Source of the DNA: an uncultured Clostridium sp.
GTDB taxonomy: Bacteria > Bacillota > Clostridia > TANB77 > CAG-508
Direction: 5' to 3'
Assembly (NCBI GenBank): GCA_947648905.1
Contig: CANSPP010000004.1
Location: 760-64,759 of the forward strand
DNA length: 64,000 nt
Shown: positions 28,430-39,137 of the stretch, piece after piece
Numbering within the stretch: position 1 is the stretch's first letter
Layout of the letters: every line of letters starts with the position of its first letter
Made by a program: the position numbers and the translations under genes
Notes under the pieces: model-generated
What the model saw: the letters and a program-made list of their open reading frames with translations, nothing else
Databases searched by the model: none
Told to the model about the DNA's origin: nothing

Positions 28430-29077
28430 TTATATTAGTTTTGGTTTCAACTCTAAGTAGATTGGTTTTTCGTCTTTTATTCTTGTGCTTACTCCATGTC
28501 CTGGGTATACTATTGTTTCATCTGGTAATTTCATTAATTTGTTTGTGATTGAATTCATTATATCTTCTCTGCTTGATGTTGGTAAGTCCGTTCTTCCCCA
28601 AGTTCCTCTAAATAGTGTGTCTCCTGAGAATAGACATTTTTCACTTTCGCAATAAAGTGATGTTCCTCCTTGTGTGTGTCCTGGTGTGTGGATTACTTTG
28701 AATTCTAAGTTTCCTAAATGTATTAAGTCTCCATCATCTATTCTAGAGTCCGCTTCTAACTCAATTTTTTCGTTTCTTATATATGGTGTTAAGTTTATGC
28801 TAGCATCGTTTAGCCCTTCTGCGTCACTTCTATGAATTAAGATTTTTCCACCACATTTTTGTTTTAGTTCTGGTACTCCAAATATGTGGTCTCCGTGGCA
28901 GTGGGTTAAATAAATATATTTTAGTTTTCCGCCTAATATTTTAATCATTTCTTCTAGTTTATCTACATCTCCTGCTGGGTCAATTATCATAATCTCTTTT
29001 GACTCTTCGTCAAATATTATATAACAGTTGGTTGGGTCTCCTACCCAAGTATTTATTTTTAGTTCTTTTAGTATCAT
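28430..29077 (-). CDS. MBL-fold metallo-hydrolase
   Basis: 215 aa, HCHGDHIFG metal-binding motif. Confidence 0.8.
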   Translation of the reverse strand: MILKELKINTWVGDPTNCYIIFDEESKEIMIIDPAGDVDKLEEMIKILGGKLKYIYLTHCHGDHIFGVPELKQKCGGKILIHRSDAEGLNDASINLTPYIRNEKIELEADSRIDDGDLIHLGNLEFKVIHTPGHTQGGTSLYCESEKCLFSGDTLFRGTWGRTDLPTSSREDIMNSITNKLMKLPDETIVYPGHGVSTRIKDEKPIYLELKPKLI

Positions 29078-29117
29078 TTGTTTTCCCCTTCTTTTTCCAT
29101 TTGGTCACTATATAGAT

Positions 29118-29176
29118 GTGTCCCTATTTGGACATAATGTCCAAGAAAGAAACGTCCCCAATTGGACAATTGGACA
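29118..29176. repeat. dispersed palindromic repeat, two overlapping copies
   Basis: gtgtccctatttggaca...tgtccaagaaagaaacgtccccaattggacaattggaca. Confidence 0.7.
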
Positions 29177-31372
29177 TTATTTCTTTCTGTTTACCTCATA
29201 TACGCTGTTTACTTTTCTAATAGCTTTTATTGCTTTGTTTAGCTCTGCTAGGTTTTCTACTTCTAGTGTTATATCTATTATTGCTATTTTCTCTTTTGTT
29301 ATTTTTGTATTTACACCTTCGATTTTTGCCTTTGTTGTTCCTATTTCTCTTAATATATCTAGAAGTAGTCCTGTTCTGTCATTTGAACATATTTCTATGT
29401 CTGCTTTGTATGATGCTTTTTCTTCTTCGTACCATTCTACATCTATTAGTCTATTTTCTTCTGATAGTAATTCTCCAATGTTTGTACAGTCTTTTCTATG
29501 GACTGATACTCCTCTTCCTTTTGTTATGTATCCTACTATTTCGTCTCCTGGTAGTGGGTTACAGCATTTTGAGAGTTTTACTAAACAGTTGTCTATTCCT
29601 TTTACTATTATTCCTGCATTTGATGGCTTTGGTTTCTTAGCTTTTGCTATTGCTAGTTCTTGTATTTTTTCTTCTATGTTTTCTTCTTGATGTTCTTTTC
29701 TGTATTCTTGTAACATTCTTGCAATTACTTTTACTGATGAATTTGCTCCAAATCCGATTGCTGCGTACATTTCGTCTAAGTCTTTATATTTGTATTTATT
29801 TAGCATTGGTTCTAAATATTCTGGCTTAAATAAGTCACTGTGTGAAAAACCAATTCTTTTTAGTTCTTTTTCTATTAAGTCTTTTCCTTTTTCTATGTTC
29901 TCGGCTTTTTGCTCTTTTTTGAACCAGCTTTTTATTTTATTTTTTGCTGATGAGCTTTTTACAAATTTTAGCCAATCTCTACTTGGCCCTTTTGAATTTT
30001 CTGATGTTATTATTTCTACTATATCACCTGTTTTTAGCGGTGTTAATATTGGCATCATTTTACTGTTTATTTTACATCCTGTCATATGATGTCCTATTTC
30101 TGCATGTATGTTGTATGCAAAGTCTATTGGTGTTGAACCACTTGGTAATACTTTTATTGCTCCTTTTGGAGTGAATACGTATACTTCGTCTTCAAATAAT
30201 TCTGTTTTTAATGTTTCCAAAAATTCTTGTGGGTCTTGCATATCTTTTTGCCATTCTAGTGTTTCACGTAGCCAAGCTAACTTGTCTTCTTCTACTTTTA
30301 CTGCTTGTTTTTTTCCAAAGTAGCTTGCTTCTTTATATGCCCAGTGTGCTGCTATACCAAATTCAGCAATTCTGTGCATTTCCCAAGTACGAATTTGTAC
30401 TTCAAATGGTGTTCCTTTTTCTCCAAGTAATGTTGTATGTATTGATTGGTACATATTTGGTTTTGGAACTGCTATATAGTCTTTAAATCTTCCTGGCATT
30501 GGACTATATAAATCGTGTACTACTCCTAATGCTGCATAACAGTCTTTTACTGATGTTACTAATATTCTAAGTGCAAATAAATCATATATTTGGTCTAGTG
30601 TTTTGTTGTCTCTTTTCATTTTACGATAGATACTATATAAATGTTTTGCTCTTCCTGTAACTTCTGCATCTATTTTTTGTTTTTTTAGCTCTACTCTTAT
30701 GTCTTGCATTATTTTTTCAATAAATTTTAGTCTTTCTTCTCTTTTCTTGTTTATTCCTTCTACTAATTCGTGGAATTCTTCTGGATATAAATATTTAAAT
30801 GCCAAATCTTCTAATTCCCATTTTATAGAGTATAAACCTAATCTGTTTGCAAGTGGTGCATATAATTCCATTGTCTCTTTTGCATTTGCTATTTGTCTGT
30901 CTCTTTTTAGGTGTTTTAAAGTTCTCATATTATGCAATCTATCTGCTAGTTTTATTATGATAACTCTAATGTCTTTTCCCATTGCAAGAAACATTTTTCT
31001 GTAATCTTCTACCTGTTGTTCTTCAACTGTTGCAAATGCTATGTTTCCTAATTTTGTAACACCTGCTACCATATCTGATATTTCTTCTCCAAATTCCCTT
31101 TTTATATCATTTTCTGTTGCATCTGTATCTTCTACAACATCGTGCAAAAGTGCCGCACAAATTGTACTTTCGTCTAGTCCTATATCTGCTAATATGTATG
31201 CAACATTTATTGGATGTATTATATATGGTTCACCTGATTTTCTGCGTTGGTCTCCATGATGTTCTACTGCATATTTATATGCTTTTTGTATTAGTTTTTG
31301 GTCTACTCTTCTTGAATGTTCTTTCCTTTTTGCAATTATATCTTGTATTGTTATGTCTTTTGTTTCTTGCAT
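29177..31372 (-). CDS. relA: bifunctional (p)ppGpp synthetase/hydrolase
   Basis: 731 aa, HD domain HHDVVEDT, synthetase RAKHLYSIYRKM, TGS and ACT domains. Confidence 0.95.
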   Translation of the reverse strand: MQETKDITIQDIIAKRKEHSRRVDQKLIQKAYKYAVEHHGDQRRKSGEPYIIHPINVAYILADIGLDESTICAALLHDVVEDTDATENDIKREFGEEISDMVAGVTKLGNIAFATVEEQQVEDYRKMFLAMGKDIRVIIIKLADRLHNMRTLKHLKRDRQIANAKETMELYAPLANRLGLYSIKWELEDLAFKYLYPEEFHELVEGINKKREERLKFIEKIMQDIRVELKKQKIDAEVTGRAKHLYSIYRKMKRDNKTLDQIYDLFALRILVTSVKDCYAALGVVHDLYSPMPGRFKDYIAVPKPNMYQSIHTTLLGEKGTPFEVQIRTWEMHRIAEFGIAAHWAYKEASYFGKKQAVKVEEDKLAWLRETLEWQKDMQDPQEFLETLKTELFEDEVYVFTPKGAIKVLPSGSTPIDFAYNIHAEIGHHMTGCKINSKMMPILTPLKTGDIVEIITSENSKGPSRDWLKFVKSSSAKNKIKSWFKKEQKAENIEKGKDLIEKELKRIGFSHSDLFKPEYLEPMLNKYKYKDLDEMYAAIGFGANSSVKVIARMLQEYRKEHQEENIEEKIQELAIAKAKKPKPSNAGIIVKGIDNCLVKLSKCCNPLPGDEIVGYITKGRGVSVHRKDCTNIGELLSEENRLIDVEWYEEEKASYKADIEICSNDRTGLLLDILREIGTTKAKIEGVNTKITKEKIAIIDITLEVENLAELNKAIKAIRKVNSVYEVNRKK

Positions 31373-31387
31373 TGTTTACACCTCTTT

Positions 31388-33079
31388 CTATATCGATTTC
31401 ATAATGTCTTTTATATTAATTTGTAAATTGTCTACTCCTCCAAAAGTATTTATTTCTAAAACTCCTGCAACATCTACTTTGTCGCCTATTAGGTATTCTT
31501 CTGCTAAATATCCTATATTAAACCCTATTGCATTTATTATATTATTGTTATTTTTTAATGTTAACTTTAAATGTTTTCCACCTGATAATGCTCTAATTGA
31601 ATCTATTTTTAAATTTTTAAATGCAAATATTGGCATTTTATTTGCTTCTCCAAATGGCTCTAATTGTTTTATACTTTCCACCATTTCTTTATTTATTTCA
31701 TTTAAATTTATTTTAGCATCAATGTTTATTATTGGAATGATTTGATCTATTTTATTTTCTGTTGCTATTTGTTCAAATTCTCTTTTAAATTCTTCTAAAT
31801 TCTCTTTTTTCACAGTTATTCCAACAGCCATACTGTGACCACCAAATTTTTCTATAGTATCTAAACATTGCATTAACGCTTCATGTAGGTCAAAGCCTGG
31901 TATACTCCTTCCAGAGCCTTTACCTATTCCATCTTCTTCAAAACTTAATAATATACTTGGTTTAAAATACATATCTGTTATTTTTGAAGATACTATTCCT
32001 ATTACTCCATGATGCCAGTTTTCTCCACCTACTATTATTGCTTTGTTTTCATTTAATTTTTCTTTTTCTATTTTCTCTATTGCATTTTCAAAAATTGCTT
32101 TTTCAGTTTCTTGTCTTTCTTTGTTGTGGTCATTCAATTTTTGTGTTAATTCATTTACCTCTTGAATATCTGTTGACAATAATAAGTCTAAAGCTTCTTT
32201 TGCTTTTCCCATTCTTCCACAAGCATTTATTCTAGGTGCTACACCAAATGAAATTGTATTAGAATCTATTTTTGTATATCCTGATGAATTAATTATAGAC
32301 CTAAGTCCTATATTTTTTGTTTGTTTTACTAACATAAGACCAAGTTTAGCAATTACTCTATTCTCATCTACTAATGGTACTATGTCTGATATTGTTCCTA
32401 CACATACGATATCTAAATATTTTAAATAAGCTTCTTCTTTCAAATCTAATTTTTTAGCTAGAGCCTGTGTTACCTTAAACACTACTCCTACTCCTGCTAA
32501 TTCTCTAAATGGATATTTACTATCTTTTCTTTTATTATCTATAACTGCAACAGCATTTGGAAGCTCATTTCCTGGCTCGTGATGGTCTGTTACAATTGTT
32601 TCAATTCCTAATGAATTTGCATAATCTATTTCTTCTAATCCAGAAATTCCGCAATCAACTGTAATCATTAAATTACATCCGTCTTTAGCAATTTTATCAA
32701 TCGCATTTTTATTTAATCCGTATCCTTCATCTAATCTGTTTGGAATATATACAGAAGTTTCTAAACCTATTTCCCTTAAAAAACTTTTCAAAACTGTTAT
32801 ACTTGTTATCCCATCAACATCATAATCTCCATAAATTGTAACCTTTTCTTTATTATCTATAGCCTTTATTATTCTTTGGACAGCAATATCCATATCAGCT
32901 ATTAAAAATGGGTCATGAAAATCATTTCTTGTTGGATTTAAAAATAGTCTTATTTGTTCTTCTTCTGTTATCTCTCTATTAGATAGTATAGTTGCAAGTA
33001 AATCGTTTAATCCATACTTACTTTTTAACTCTTCTATTTTCTCTTGATTAGTTTCGTATATTTGCCATTTTTTGTTCAT
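31388..33079 (-). CDS. recJ: single-stranded-DNA-specific exonuclease RecJ
   Basis: 563 aa, DHH (VTDHHEPG) and DHHA1 (GGHSMAVG). Confidence 0.9.
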   Translation of the reverse strand: MNKKWQIYETNQEKIEELKSKYGLNDLLATILSNREITEEEQIRLFLNPTRNDFHDPFLIADMDIAVQRIIKAIDNKEKVTIYGDYDVDGITSITVLKSFLREIGLETSVYIPNRLDEGYGLNKNAIDKIAKDGCNLMITVDCGISGLEEIDYANSLGIETIVTDHHEPGNELPNAVAVIDNKRKDSKYPFRELAGVGVVFKVTQALAKKLDLKEEAYLKYLDIVCVGTISDIVPLVDENRVIAKLGLMLVKQTKNIGLRSIINSSGYTKIDSNTISFGVAPRINACGRMGKAKEALDLLLSTDIQEVNELTQKLNDHNKERQETEKAIFENAIEKIEKEKLNENKAIIVGGENWHHGVIGIVSSKITDMYFKPSILLSFEEDGIGKGSGRSIPGFDLHEALMQCLDTIEKFGGHSMAVGITVKKENLEEFKREFEQIATENKIDQIIPIINIDAKINLNEINKEMVESIKQLEPFGEANKMPIFAFKNLKIDSIRALSGGKHLKLTLKNNNNIINAIGFNIGYLAEEYLIGDKVDVAGVLEINTFGGVDNLQINIKDIMKSI

Positions 33080-33173
33080 ATTCCTCTCCTAATTTTCAAT
33101 TTTCTACTATTTTATACTATTTTGCCATTTTTTTAAAGAGTTTTCGCACAATTTCACTAAAAAATCTTCAATT

Positions 33174-33214
33174 ATCCAATTGGGTGTCCAATTGGGGACG
33201 TTTCTCTTTTGGAC
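33174..33214. repeat. dispersed palindromic repeat
   Basis: tccaattgggtgtccaattggggacgtttctcttttggaca. Confidence 0.7.
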
Positions 33215-33270
33215 ATTTTTTATGCAAAAAAATAAAGAGCAAACTTTTACATTTGCTCTTTATTTACAAT

Positions 33271-33651
33271 TTATTCAACTTCTTTCTTCCATAATCCGTG
33301 TTTGTTGCAATATGCGTAGATAGTAGCTCCTTTTATATATGGAAATCTAACTTCTGCATCTTGCTCTGGATATAACTTTACAGTGATTTCTTTATTTTCT
33401 TTTACTAGACTAATCCATTCAATGAAGTGCTCTTTTTCCATTACATGATTTACTTTTACAAGTATTTCGTCTTCTATTTTTTCATATATAGGTACGTGTT
33501 TTTCGACTGCTGCATCTACTGAGTTTGGTATCATTTTTTCCATTTGCTCTCCACAGCATACTATTCCACAACCATTGCAGTTACAGTCTTCTATTACTTT
33601 TACTGTTGCTCCACATGATTTGCATTTTTTTATTGTTAATTCGTTTTTCAT
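33271..33651 (-). CDS. dfx: desulfoferrodoxin (2Fe superoxide reductase)
   Basis: 126 aa, N-terminal CKSCG...CCGEQM desulforedoxin site, C-terminal SOR centre EKHVP...HFIEW...CNKHGLW. Confidence 0.9.
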   Translation of the reverse strand: MKNELTIKKCKSCGATVKVIEDCNCNGCGIVCCGEQMEKMIPNSVDAAVEKHVPIYEKIEDEILVKVNHVMEKEHFIEWISLVKENKEITVKLYPEQDAEVRFPYIKGATIYAYCNKHGLWKKEVE

Positions 33652-33815
33652 TTTTATCTCTCCTTTTTGTTTTTTTCTAGTATATCACTCTTTTTTTATT
33701 TTTACTAGTATAACAAATAATTATTTAAAAAAACTTCCTTTTTTCACTTGAATTTATTCTACTTTTAGTATAATATAGTATGGAAAGTAAAAGAGATTAC
33801 TTTAAGGAGGAAAAA

Positions 33816-34652
33816 ATGCCAAGAAAAACAAAAGAACAAACAGAAATAGAAAAAGAAGAAAACACAAGAAAACCAGCAAAAACTACTAAAAAAACAAGTA
33901 ATGCAAAAACACCAGCTAAAAAATCAGAAACAAAGAAAACTTCTACCGCGAAGAAATCAACAACTAAGAGTTCCACTGCTAAAAAAAGTACAACTAAAAG
34001 TTCTACTACAAAGAAAACTGCAGCAAAAAAATCTACAAGTAGTAAAAAAACTACAACAAGAAAAAAAGTAGCCACAACTAAAGCAAAGCCAGAAAATGTT
34101 GAATATTACGACTTACCATATAGATATAATCAAACTGTCGTAAAAGTTTTAGCGCAAACTCCTAACACCCTATTTATTTATTGGGATATTTCAGATACAG
34201 ATAGAAAAGCATTTGAAGAACAATATGGAGAAAACTTTTTTGAAACTACAAGACCAGTTTTAATTGTTAGAAATGATACTTTAGGATATAGTTTTGAGGT
34301 AGAAATTAATGACTTCGCAAATAGTTGGTATTTACACATTAATGATAGCAAATGTGATTACAAAATTGAACTTGGTAGACGCCCTATCACTAAAACAGAA
34401 AAAATAAATGTAGATTACATATATGTTTCAAGCTCTAATGAAATAGAAACTCCGAATGATAAAGTTCTATTTAATAAAGAACAAAAAATGGTTTATTTTA
34501 GAAATATAAAAACTGGAGTTCAAACTTCAAAAGAAGTAGCAACAGCTTCATTTATTAGAAATATGGGGAAAATTTATGATATTTATGATATAGACGTAAA
34601 TAACAATAAAAATATCCTATCAAACCCATCATCTGGTAGCATCTATCAATAA
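33816..34652 (+). CDS. DUF4912 domain protein with K/T/S-rich low-complexity N-terminus
   Basis: start at ATG 33816 (MPRKTKEQ) with RBS AAGGAGG; conserved partner of GH57 enzymes. Confidence 0.7.
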   Translation: MPRKTKEQTEIEKEENTRKPAKTTKKTSNAKTPAKKSETKKTSTAKKSTTKSSTAKKSTTKSSTTKKTAAKKSTSSKKTTTRKKVATTKAKPENVEYYDLPYRYNQTVVKVLAQTPNTLFIYWDISDTDRKAFEEQYGENFFETTRPVLIVRNDTLGYSFEVEINDFANSWYLHINDSKCDYKIELGRRPITKTEKINVDYIYVSSSNEIETPNDKVLFNKEQKMVYFRNIKTGVQTSKEVATASFIRNMGKIYDIYDIDVNNNKNILSNPSSGSIYQ

Positions 34653-34672
34653 TTAACAAAGGAGAAATAAAT

Positions 34673-36259
34673 ATGCAAGAAAAAAAAGGATATGTAAGTT
34701 TTGTACTTCACGCCCATCTTCCATTTATCCACCACCCTGAAAGTGATGACTATTTAGAAGAATCTTGGCTATATGAAGCAATATCTGAAACATATATACC
34801 ATTACTTACAAACTTTCAAAAACTAGTAGACGAAGGAGTAAAATTTAGAGTTACAATGTCAATGACTCCCCCTCTACTTTCAATGTTAGATAACAAACTA
34901 TTACAAAGAAAATATATAAAATATCTAAAAAAACTAATTGAATTATCTGAGAAAGAAATAAAAAGAACAGCAGGTGACGAAAGGCTAAATAAACTTTCTC
35001 ATTATTATTTTGACCGTTATTCTAATGACCTACATATATTTAAAGATGTTTACAAATGTAACTTGATTGAAGCATTTAAACACTTTCAAGATATTGGCGT
35101 ATTAGAAATAATAACTTGTGGAGCAACACATGGATACTTTCCTATTCTATATGTTAACGAAAAAACTGTAAAGGCTCAAATTGCAGTTGGAGTCCAAACA
35201 TATGAAAGATACTTTGGAAGAAAACCACGTGGTATCTGGCTTCCTGAATGTGGATATATTCCTGAAGCAGATAAATACTTAAAAGAATTTGGAATTGATT
35301 ATATAATTACTGAAACACACGGAATTTTATATGCTAACCCTACTCCTGTATATGGCACAGCTGCACCAATTGTTTCACCTGAAGGTGTTGTAGCATTTGG
35401 GCGTGACTTAGAATCTTCAAGACAAGTATGGAGTTCAATTAATGGATATCCAGGTGACTTCAATTACAGAGAGTTTTATCGTGATATTGGATATGAAGCT
35501 GATTACGATTATATAAAACCATATATAGCACATAACGGAGTAAGAGTTCATACAGGTATTAAATATCATAGAATAACTGGAAAAACAGAATTTAAAGATT
35601 ACTATAATATACAATGGGCAAAAGACTCTGCCGAAAAGCAAGCTGGTCACTTCTTAGACTCTAGAACAGCTCAAATAGGAAACCTAGCTGAATATACAGA
35701 AAATCCTCCTATTATCTTGTGTCCTTATGACGCAGAACTTTATGGGCATTGGTGGTACGAAGGTCCATACTGGCTATATATTTTATTTAAGAAAATTTAT
35801 TATGATGACTGTAACTTTGAATTGATAACACCATCAGAATATATCGACAAATACCCTAATATGCAAGTCGCTTCCCCTTGTCGCTCAAGTTGGGGCGCAA
35901 ATGGATATAGCGAAGTTTGGCTAAACCAAACAAATGACTATGTTCATAGACACTTACATGTTGCAGGAGACAGAATGTGCGAATTAGCTTACCTTTATCC
36001 TAATGCAAAAGGATTAAAGAAAAAAGCATTAAACCAATGTGCAAGAGAACTTTTATTAGCACAAAGTAGTGATTGGCTATTTATTATTACAAATGGAACA
36101 ATGGTCGACTATGCAAAGAAAAGAATTAAAGACCACATTGGAAGATTTACAAAATTGTATTATCAAATAAAAGAAGATAATATCGATGAAGACTTCTTGA
36201 AAGACATAAGCAAAAAAGATTGTGTCTTCCCTGATATAGATTATATGATTTATAGATAA
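34673..36259 (+). CDS. glycoside hydrolase family 57 (1,4-alpha-glucan branching enzyme-like)
   Basis: 528 aa, FVLHAHLPF... GH57 N-terminal signature, DUF1957-type C-terminus. Confidence 0.85.
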   Translation: MQEKKGYVSFVLHAHLPFIHHPESDDYLEESWLYEAISETYIPLLTNFQKLVDEGVKFRVTMSMTPPLLSMLDNKLLQRKYIKYLKKLIELSEKEIKRTAGDERLNKLSHYYFDRYSNDLHIFKDVYKCNLIEAFKHFQDIGVLEIITCGATHGYFPILYVNEKTVKAQIAVGVQTYERYFGRKPRGIWLPECGYIPEADKYLKEFGIDYIITETHGILYANPTPVYGTAAPIVSPEGVVAFGRDLESSRQVWSSINGYPGDFNYREFYRDIGYEADYDYIKPYIAHNGVRVHTGIKYHRITGKTEFKDYYNIQWAKDSAEKQAGHFLDSRTAQIGNLAEYTENPPIILCPYDAELYGHWWYEGPYWLYILFKKIYYDDCNFELITPSEYIDKYPNMQVASPCRSSWGANGYSEVWLNQTNDYVHRHLHVAGDRMCELAYLYPNAKGLKKKALNQCARELLLAQSSDWLFIITNGTMVDYAKKRIKDHIGRFTKLYYQIKEDNIDEDFLKDISKKDCVFPDIDYMIYR

Positions 36260-36433
36260 AGAAAAAAGTAACTTATTCAAGATTTACTTACAATGTAAAT
36301 TTTTGATTTAAGTTACTTTTATTTTTTACTTATAATTTTTAAACAAGCTACATTTTTTACCAAAGCAACATAGTATAGTGTATAAGTTTTGCACTTTTAG
36401 TAGATAATAATTATATTAGAGAGGAGTTTTTTG

Positions 36434-37288
36434 ATGAAGTCATTATGTATAAAAACAAATAATTCAAATTCGCTTTCTTATCTACTAAATGAGTTAGACA
36501 ATTTGGAATTAGACCAAATTTGCTTTTCCTGCAATAAATTTAAACATTACAAAAACATAATCATCCATTATACAGGAGAAAATGATAAATTATTTTTAGA
36601 TAATATAAGTTCGATTTTATCTCTTTTAGTAATTGACGAATTTGATGAAATCTTTTTAAAAAAAGAAATTATACAAAATTATTTTTACTTTGATGCAAAT
36701 GAAAGACAACAAATATTAGATTTATGTTTTGATATAATGGCAAACAACTTCTCTATAATTTTTGACCAAAAATTTAAAACCATATATAAATGCTTTTATG
36801 AATTTATATCAGAAAATAAAACCCTTGTATTTGACGGATTTCTAAATTTTAGAATAAAACCATATCTAAATATTTTGGATGAAATTGTCAATGAATCTGT
36901 AAATCAATTTGTAGTAGAAAAAGAATACTTAGAATTTATATCTTTATTAAGGCTTTATATAAACTCTCAAGATAGTAATTCTAATGTAGTACACATTATT
37001 TACTCGCAATCAGAATCAATTTTATTAGATGAAAATAAAGAAATAATTACAGTATCAGATAGTAGTTTTAAAGCAAAATATCTAAGTGATATTACTTTTT
37101 CTTCAAATGATTATACTTTAAACTCTCTATTGACTCTACTTCCGAAAAAGATATACATTCACTTAATAGACTTCTATGTTGACGAATTTATCACTACATT
37201 GCAAACCATATTTGAAAATCGTATTCAGATTTGCACTGATTGCAATATTTGTAATTTATATAAAAATTCAAGCAAAACAAAAAGCTAA
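36434..37288 (+). CDS. YtxC-like putative sporulation protein
   Basis: 285 aa; RBS GAGAGGAG; family-level resemblance only. Confidence 0.4.
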   Translation: MKSLCIKTNNSNSLSYLLNELDNLELDQICFSCNKFKHYKNIIIHYTGENDKLFLDNISSILSLLVIDEFDEIFLKKEIIQNYFYFDANERQQILDLCFDIMANNFSIIFDQKFKTIYKCFYEFISENKTLVFDGFLNFRIKPYLNILDEIVNESVNQFVVEKEYLEFISLLRLYINSQDSNSNVVHIIYSQSESILLDENKEIITVSDSSFKAKYLSDITFSSNDYTLNSLLTLLPKKIYIHLIDFYVDEFITTLQTIFENRIQICTDCNICNLYKNSSKTKS

Positions 37289-37296
37289 GATCATTA

Positions 37297-37403
37297 TGGG
37301 ACATTTGGGGACGTTTCCTTTTTGTCCCAATTTTTAAGTGTTTTTAGGGACAGGGCAAAAAACATCATAATATTTAGGTGTTTTTTTACTCTGTCCCTAA
37401 AAT
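37297..37403. repeat. cluster of dispersed repeat copies (GGGGACG / GGGACAG variants) between convergent genes
   Basis: gggacatttggggacgtttcctttttgtccc ... tagggacagggcaaaaaacatc ... ctctgtccctaaaatg. Confidence 0.65.
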
Positions 37404-37414
37404 GTATATTAATT

Positions 37415-37990
37415 TTATTGAATAGCATCTATTGCTTCTTCTAATCCTGGTAATAGAGCATTTGTTAAATCTTCGTTTCCAACAATTTTCCATTTACCAT
37501 CTTCTTTTACAGCTTGTATATTTTTAGTTAAAGTTGTTGTTTGTACTTCTTCACTTTTTAATTCTTCTAGGAGATATTTATTTGATGTTTCTTCTGTCAT
37601 ACTTTCTCCACCAAATACTGCTTTGACTATTTTTTGTGAATAATTTGTCATTATTGTTTTAAAGTCTTTGTTTGTTACTTCTAATTCAATTGTCGCATTT
37701 TCGTTTTCTTCTGTTATATTTTTAATTTTCCAAGATAGTTTATCAAAAAGATATTTTTGTGCCTCTTCATTAAGTGAATCTTCTTCTATTGAATCTTCAC
37801 CTGTCATAAATTCTTGTGCTTTTTCGAAATCTCCAGCTTTTAGATTTGTTAATAACCCATCTACTGATTTTTTAGGATTACTTGATGTAACCATTAATAT
37901 TGTTAATATTACTACTACCGCAATTATTGCTACTACTGCTATTGCTGTTGTTATTAGTGATACTTTTTTTGTTTTTTGTTCCATTCTCAC
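37415..37990 (-). CDS. membrane-anchored hypothetical protein
   Basis: 191 aa, N-terminal TM helix LITTAIAVVAIIAVVVILTILMV, acidic ectodomain. Confidence 0.6.
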   Translation of the reverse strand: MRMEQKTKKVSLITTAIAVVAIIAVVVILTILMVTSSNPKKSVDGLLTNLKAGDFEKAQEFMTGEDSIEEDSLNEEAQKYLFDKLSWKIKNITEENENATIELEVTNKDFKTIMTNYSQKIVKAVFGGESMTEETSNKYLLEELKSEEVQTTTLTKNIQAVKEDGKWKIVGNEDLTNALLPGLEEAIDAIQ

Positions 37991-38098
37991 TCTCTCCTTT
38001 TTTATATTTATTATTATATTTCGATTATATATTAACGTTTGAGTTTTTGCAATATTTTTAAAGATTTTTTTAGCATTTTTGGGACAGAGATAAAATGT

Positions 38099-39035
38099 TT
38101 AAACTGCATTATTTATTCCGCGAGCAACTATTTGTGACATATTTTCTATTAAGTCGTCTATTTCTTTAGGTGTAACAATTAGATTGTAGTCCTTTGGAAG
38201 TAATGCTTCTCTTATCTCTTGATAATTATCCTCTTCTTTTAGTTTATTTAAATAATCATTTGATTTTGCTTCATCTTGTAGTTTTTCAATAAATAAGTCT
38301 AGGCTATCATTTACAAGTACTGCTGTTTCTACTACTGTTGGAATTCCGAATTGCTACTACTGGAATTCCCAATGTCTTCTCACTTATTTCACTTCTTGTG
38401 TTTCCTACTCCTGCACCTGGTACTATTCCTGTATCTGACAGTTGTATTGTGCTACTTATTCTTTCTATACTCCTTGATGCTAGAGCATCTATTACTATAA
38501 CTAACTTTGGATTGATATTGTCTACAATTCCTTTTAGTATTTCTACTGTTTCTATTCCTGTTGTTCCTAGCACCCCTGGTGATATTGCACTTACCATTCT
38601 TGTTCCTTCTTCTACATATTGTGGTAAATAGTTTATTATATGTCTTGTTACTTCTATTTCATTTATTACTTTTGGTCCTAAACTATCTGGTGTTACATAT
38701 ATGTTTCCAAGACCTACTACTAGTATTTCTCCTTGTTTGTCTATATGTGCGTCTAAAACTTTTACTAATTGATTTGATAGTGTTTCTGCTGCTTTTTCTA
38801 TTTCTTCTTCTTGTGCTATTTTTAATTGCTTTACATCTATGGTAATATAGTTTCCTACTGGTTTTCCTATTGCTTTTTCGCCATTTTCATTTGTGATTTT
38901 TACTGTTTCTACTTTTATGTTTTCGTTTATCTCTTCTTTGCTACTTTCTATTCCGTCAATTTCGTTTTCCAACTTGTTTGCTTTTTGGTATATGTCTCTT
39001 CTTTCTGATGCTAAATCTGTTCTAAAATTATACAT
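38099..39035 (-). CDS. gpr: germination protease (GPR endopeptidase, A25); frame interrupted at 38348 (surplus C before GGA)
   Basis: FRTDLASE, LVVGLGNIYVTPDSLGPKV, IDALASRSIERISSTIQLSDTGIVPGAGVGN; sense ...gca att C gga att cca...; skipping the C restores conserved GIPVVAI-GIPTVVETAVLVND...LIVTPKEIDDLIE. Confidence 0.85.
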
Positions 39036-39103
39036 AAAAATTCCACTCCTTTTAGCTTATTATTTGTGAAATTTTGTATATTTATTCAAAATGTTATTGA
39101 GAT

Positions 39104-39137
39104 ACAAAAAATAGTTGTGCAAGCAACTATTTTTTTA
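39104..39137 (-). terminator. rho-independent terminator of small basic ORF
   Basis: ATAGTTG-cttgca-CAACTAT followed by TTTTTTT. Confidence 0.65.

Noticed and set aside
33797-34075. Minus-strand ORF antisense to the DUF4912 gene
   Set aside because: It is the reverse complement of a K/T/S low-complexity repeat (gives V/F/L repeats); an artefact.
36434-39035. Treating ytxC-like and gpr genes as proof of sporulation capacity
   Set aside because: Only two sporulation-lineage genes are in the window and gpr carries one of the CGG-A interruptions, so no phenotype is claimed.
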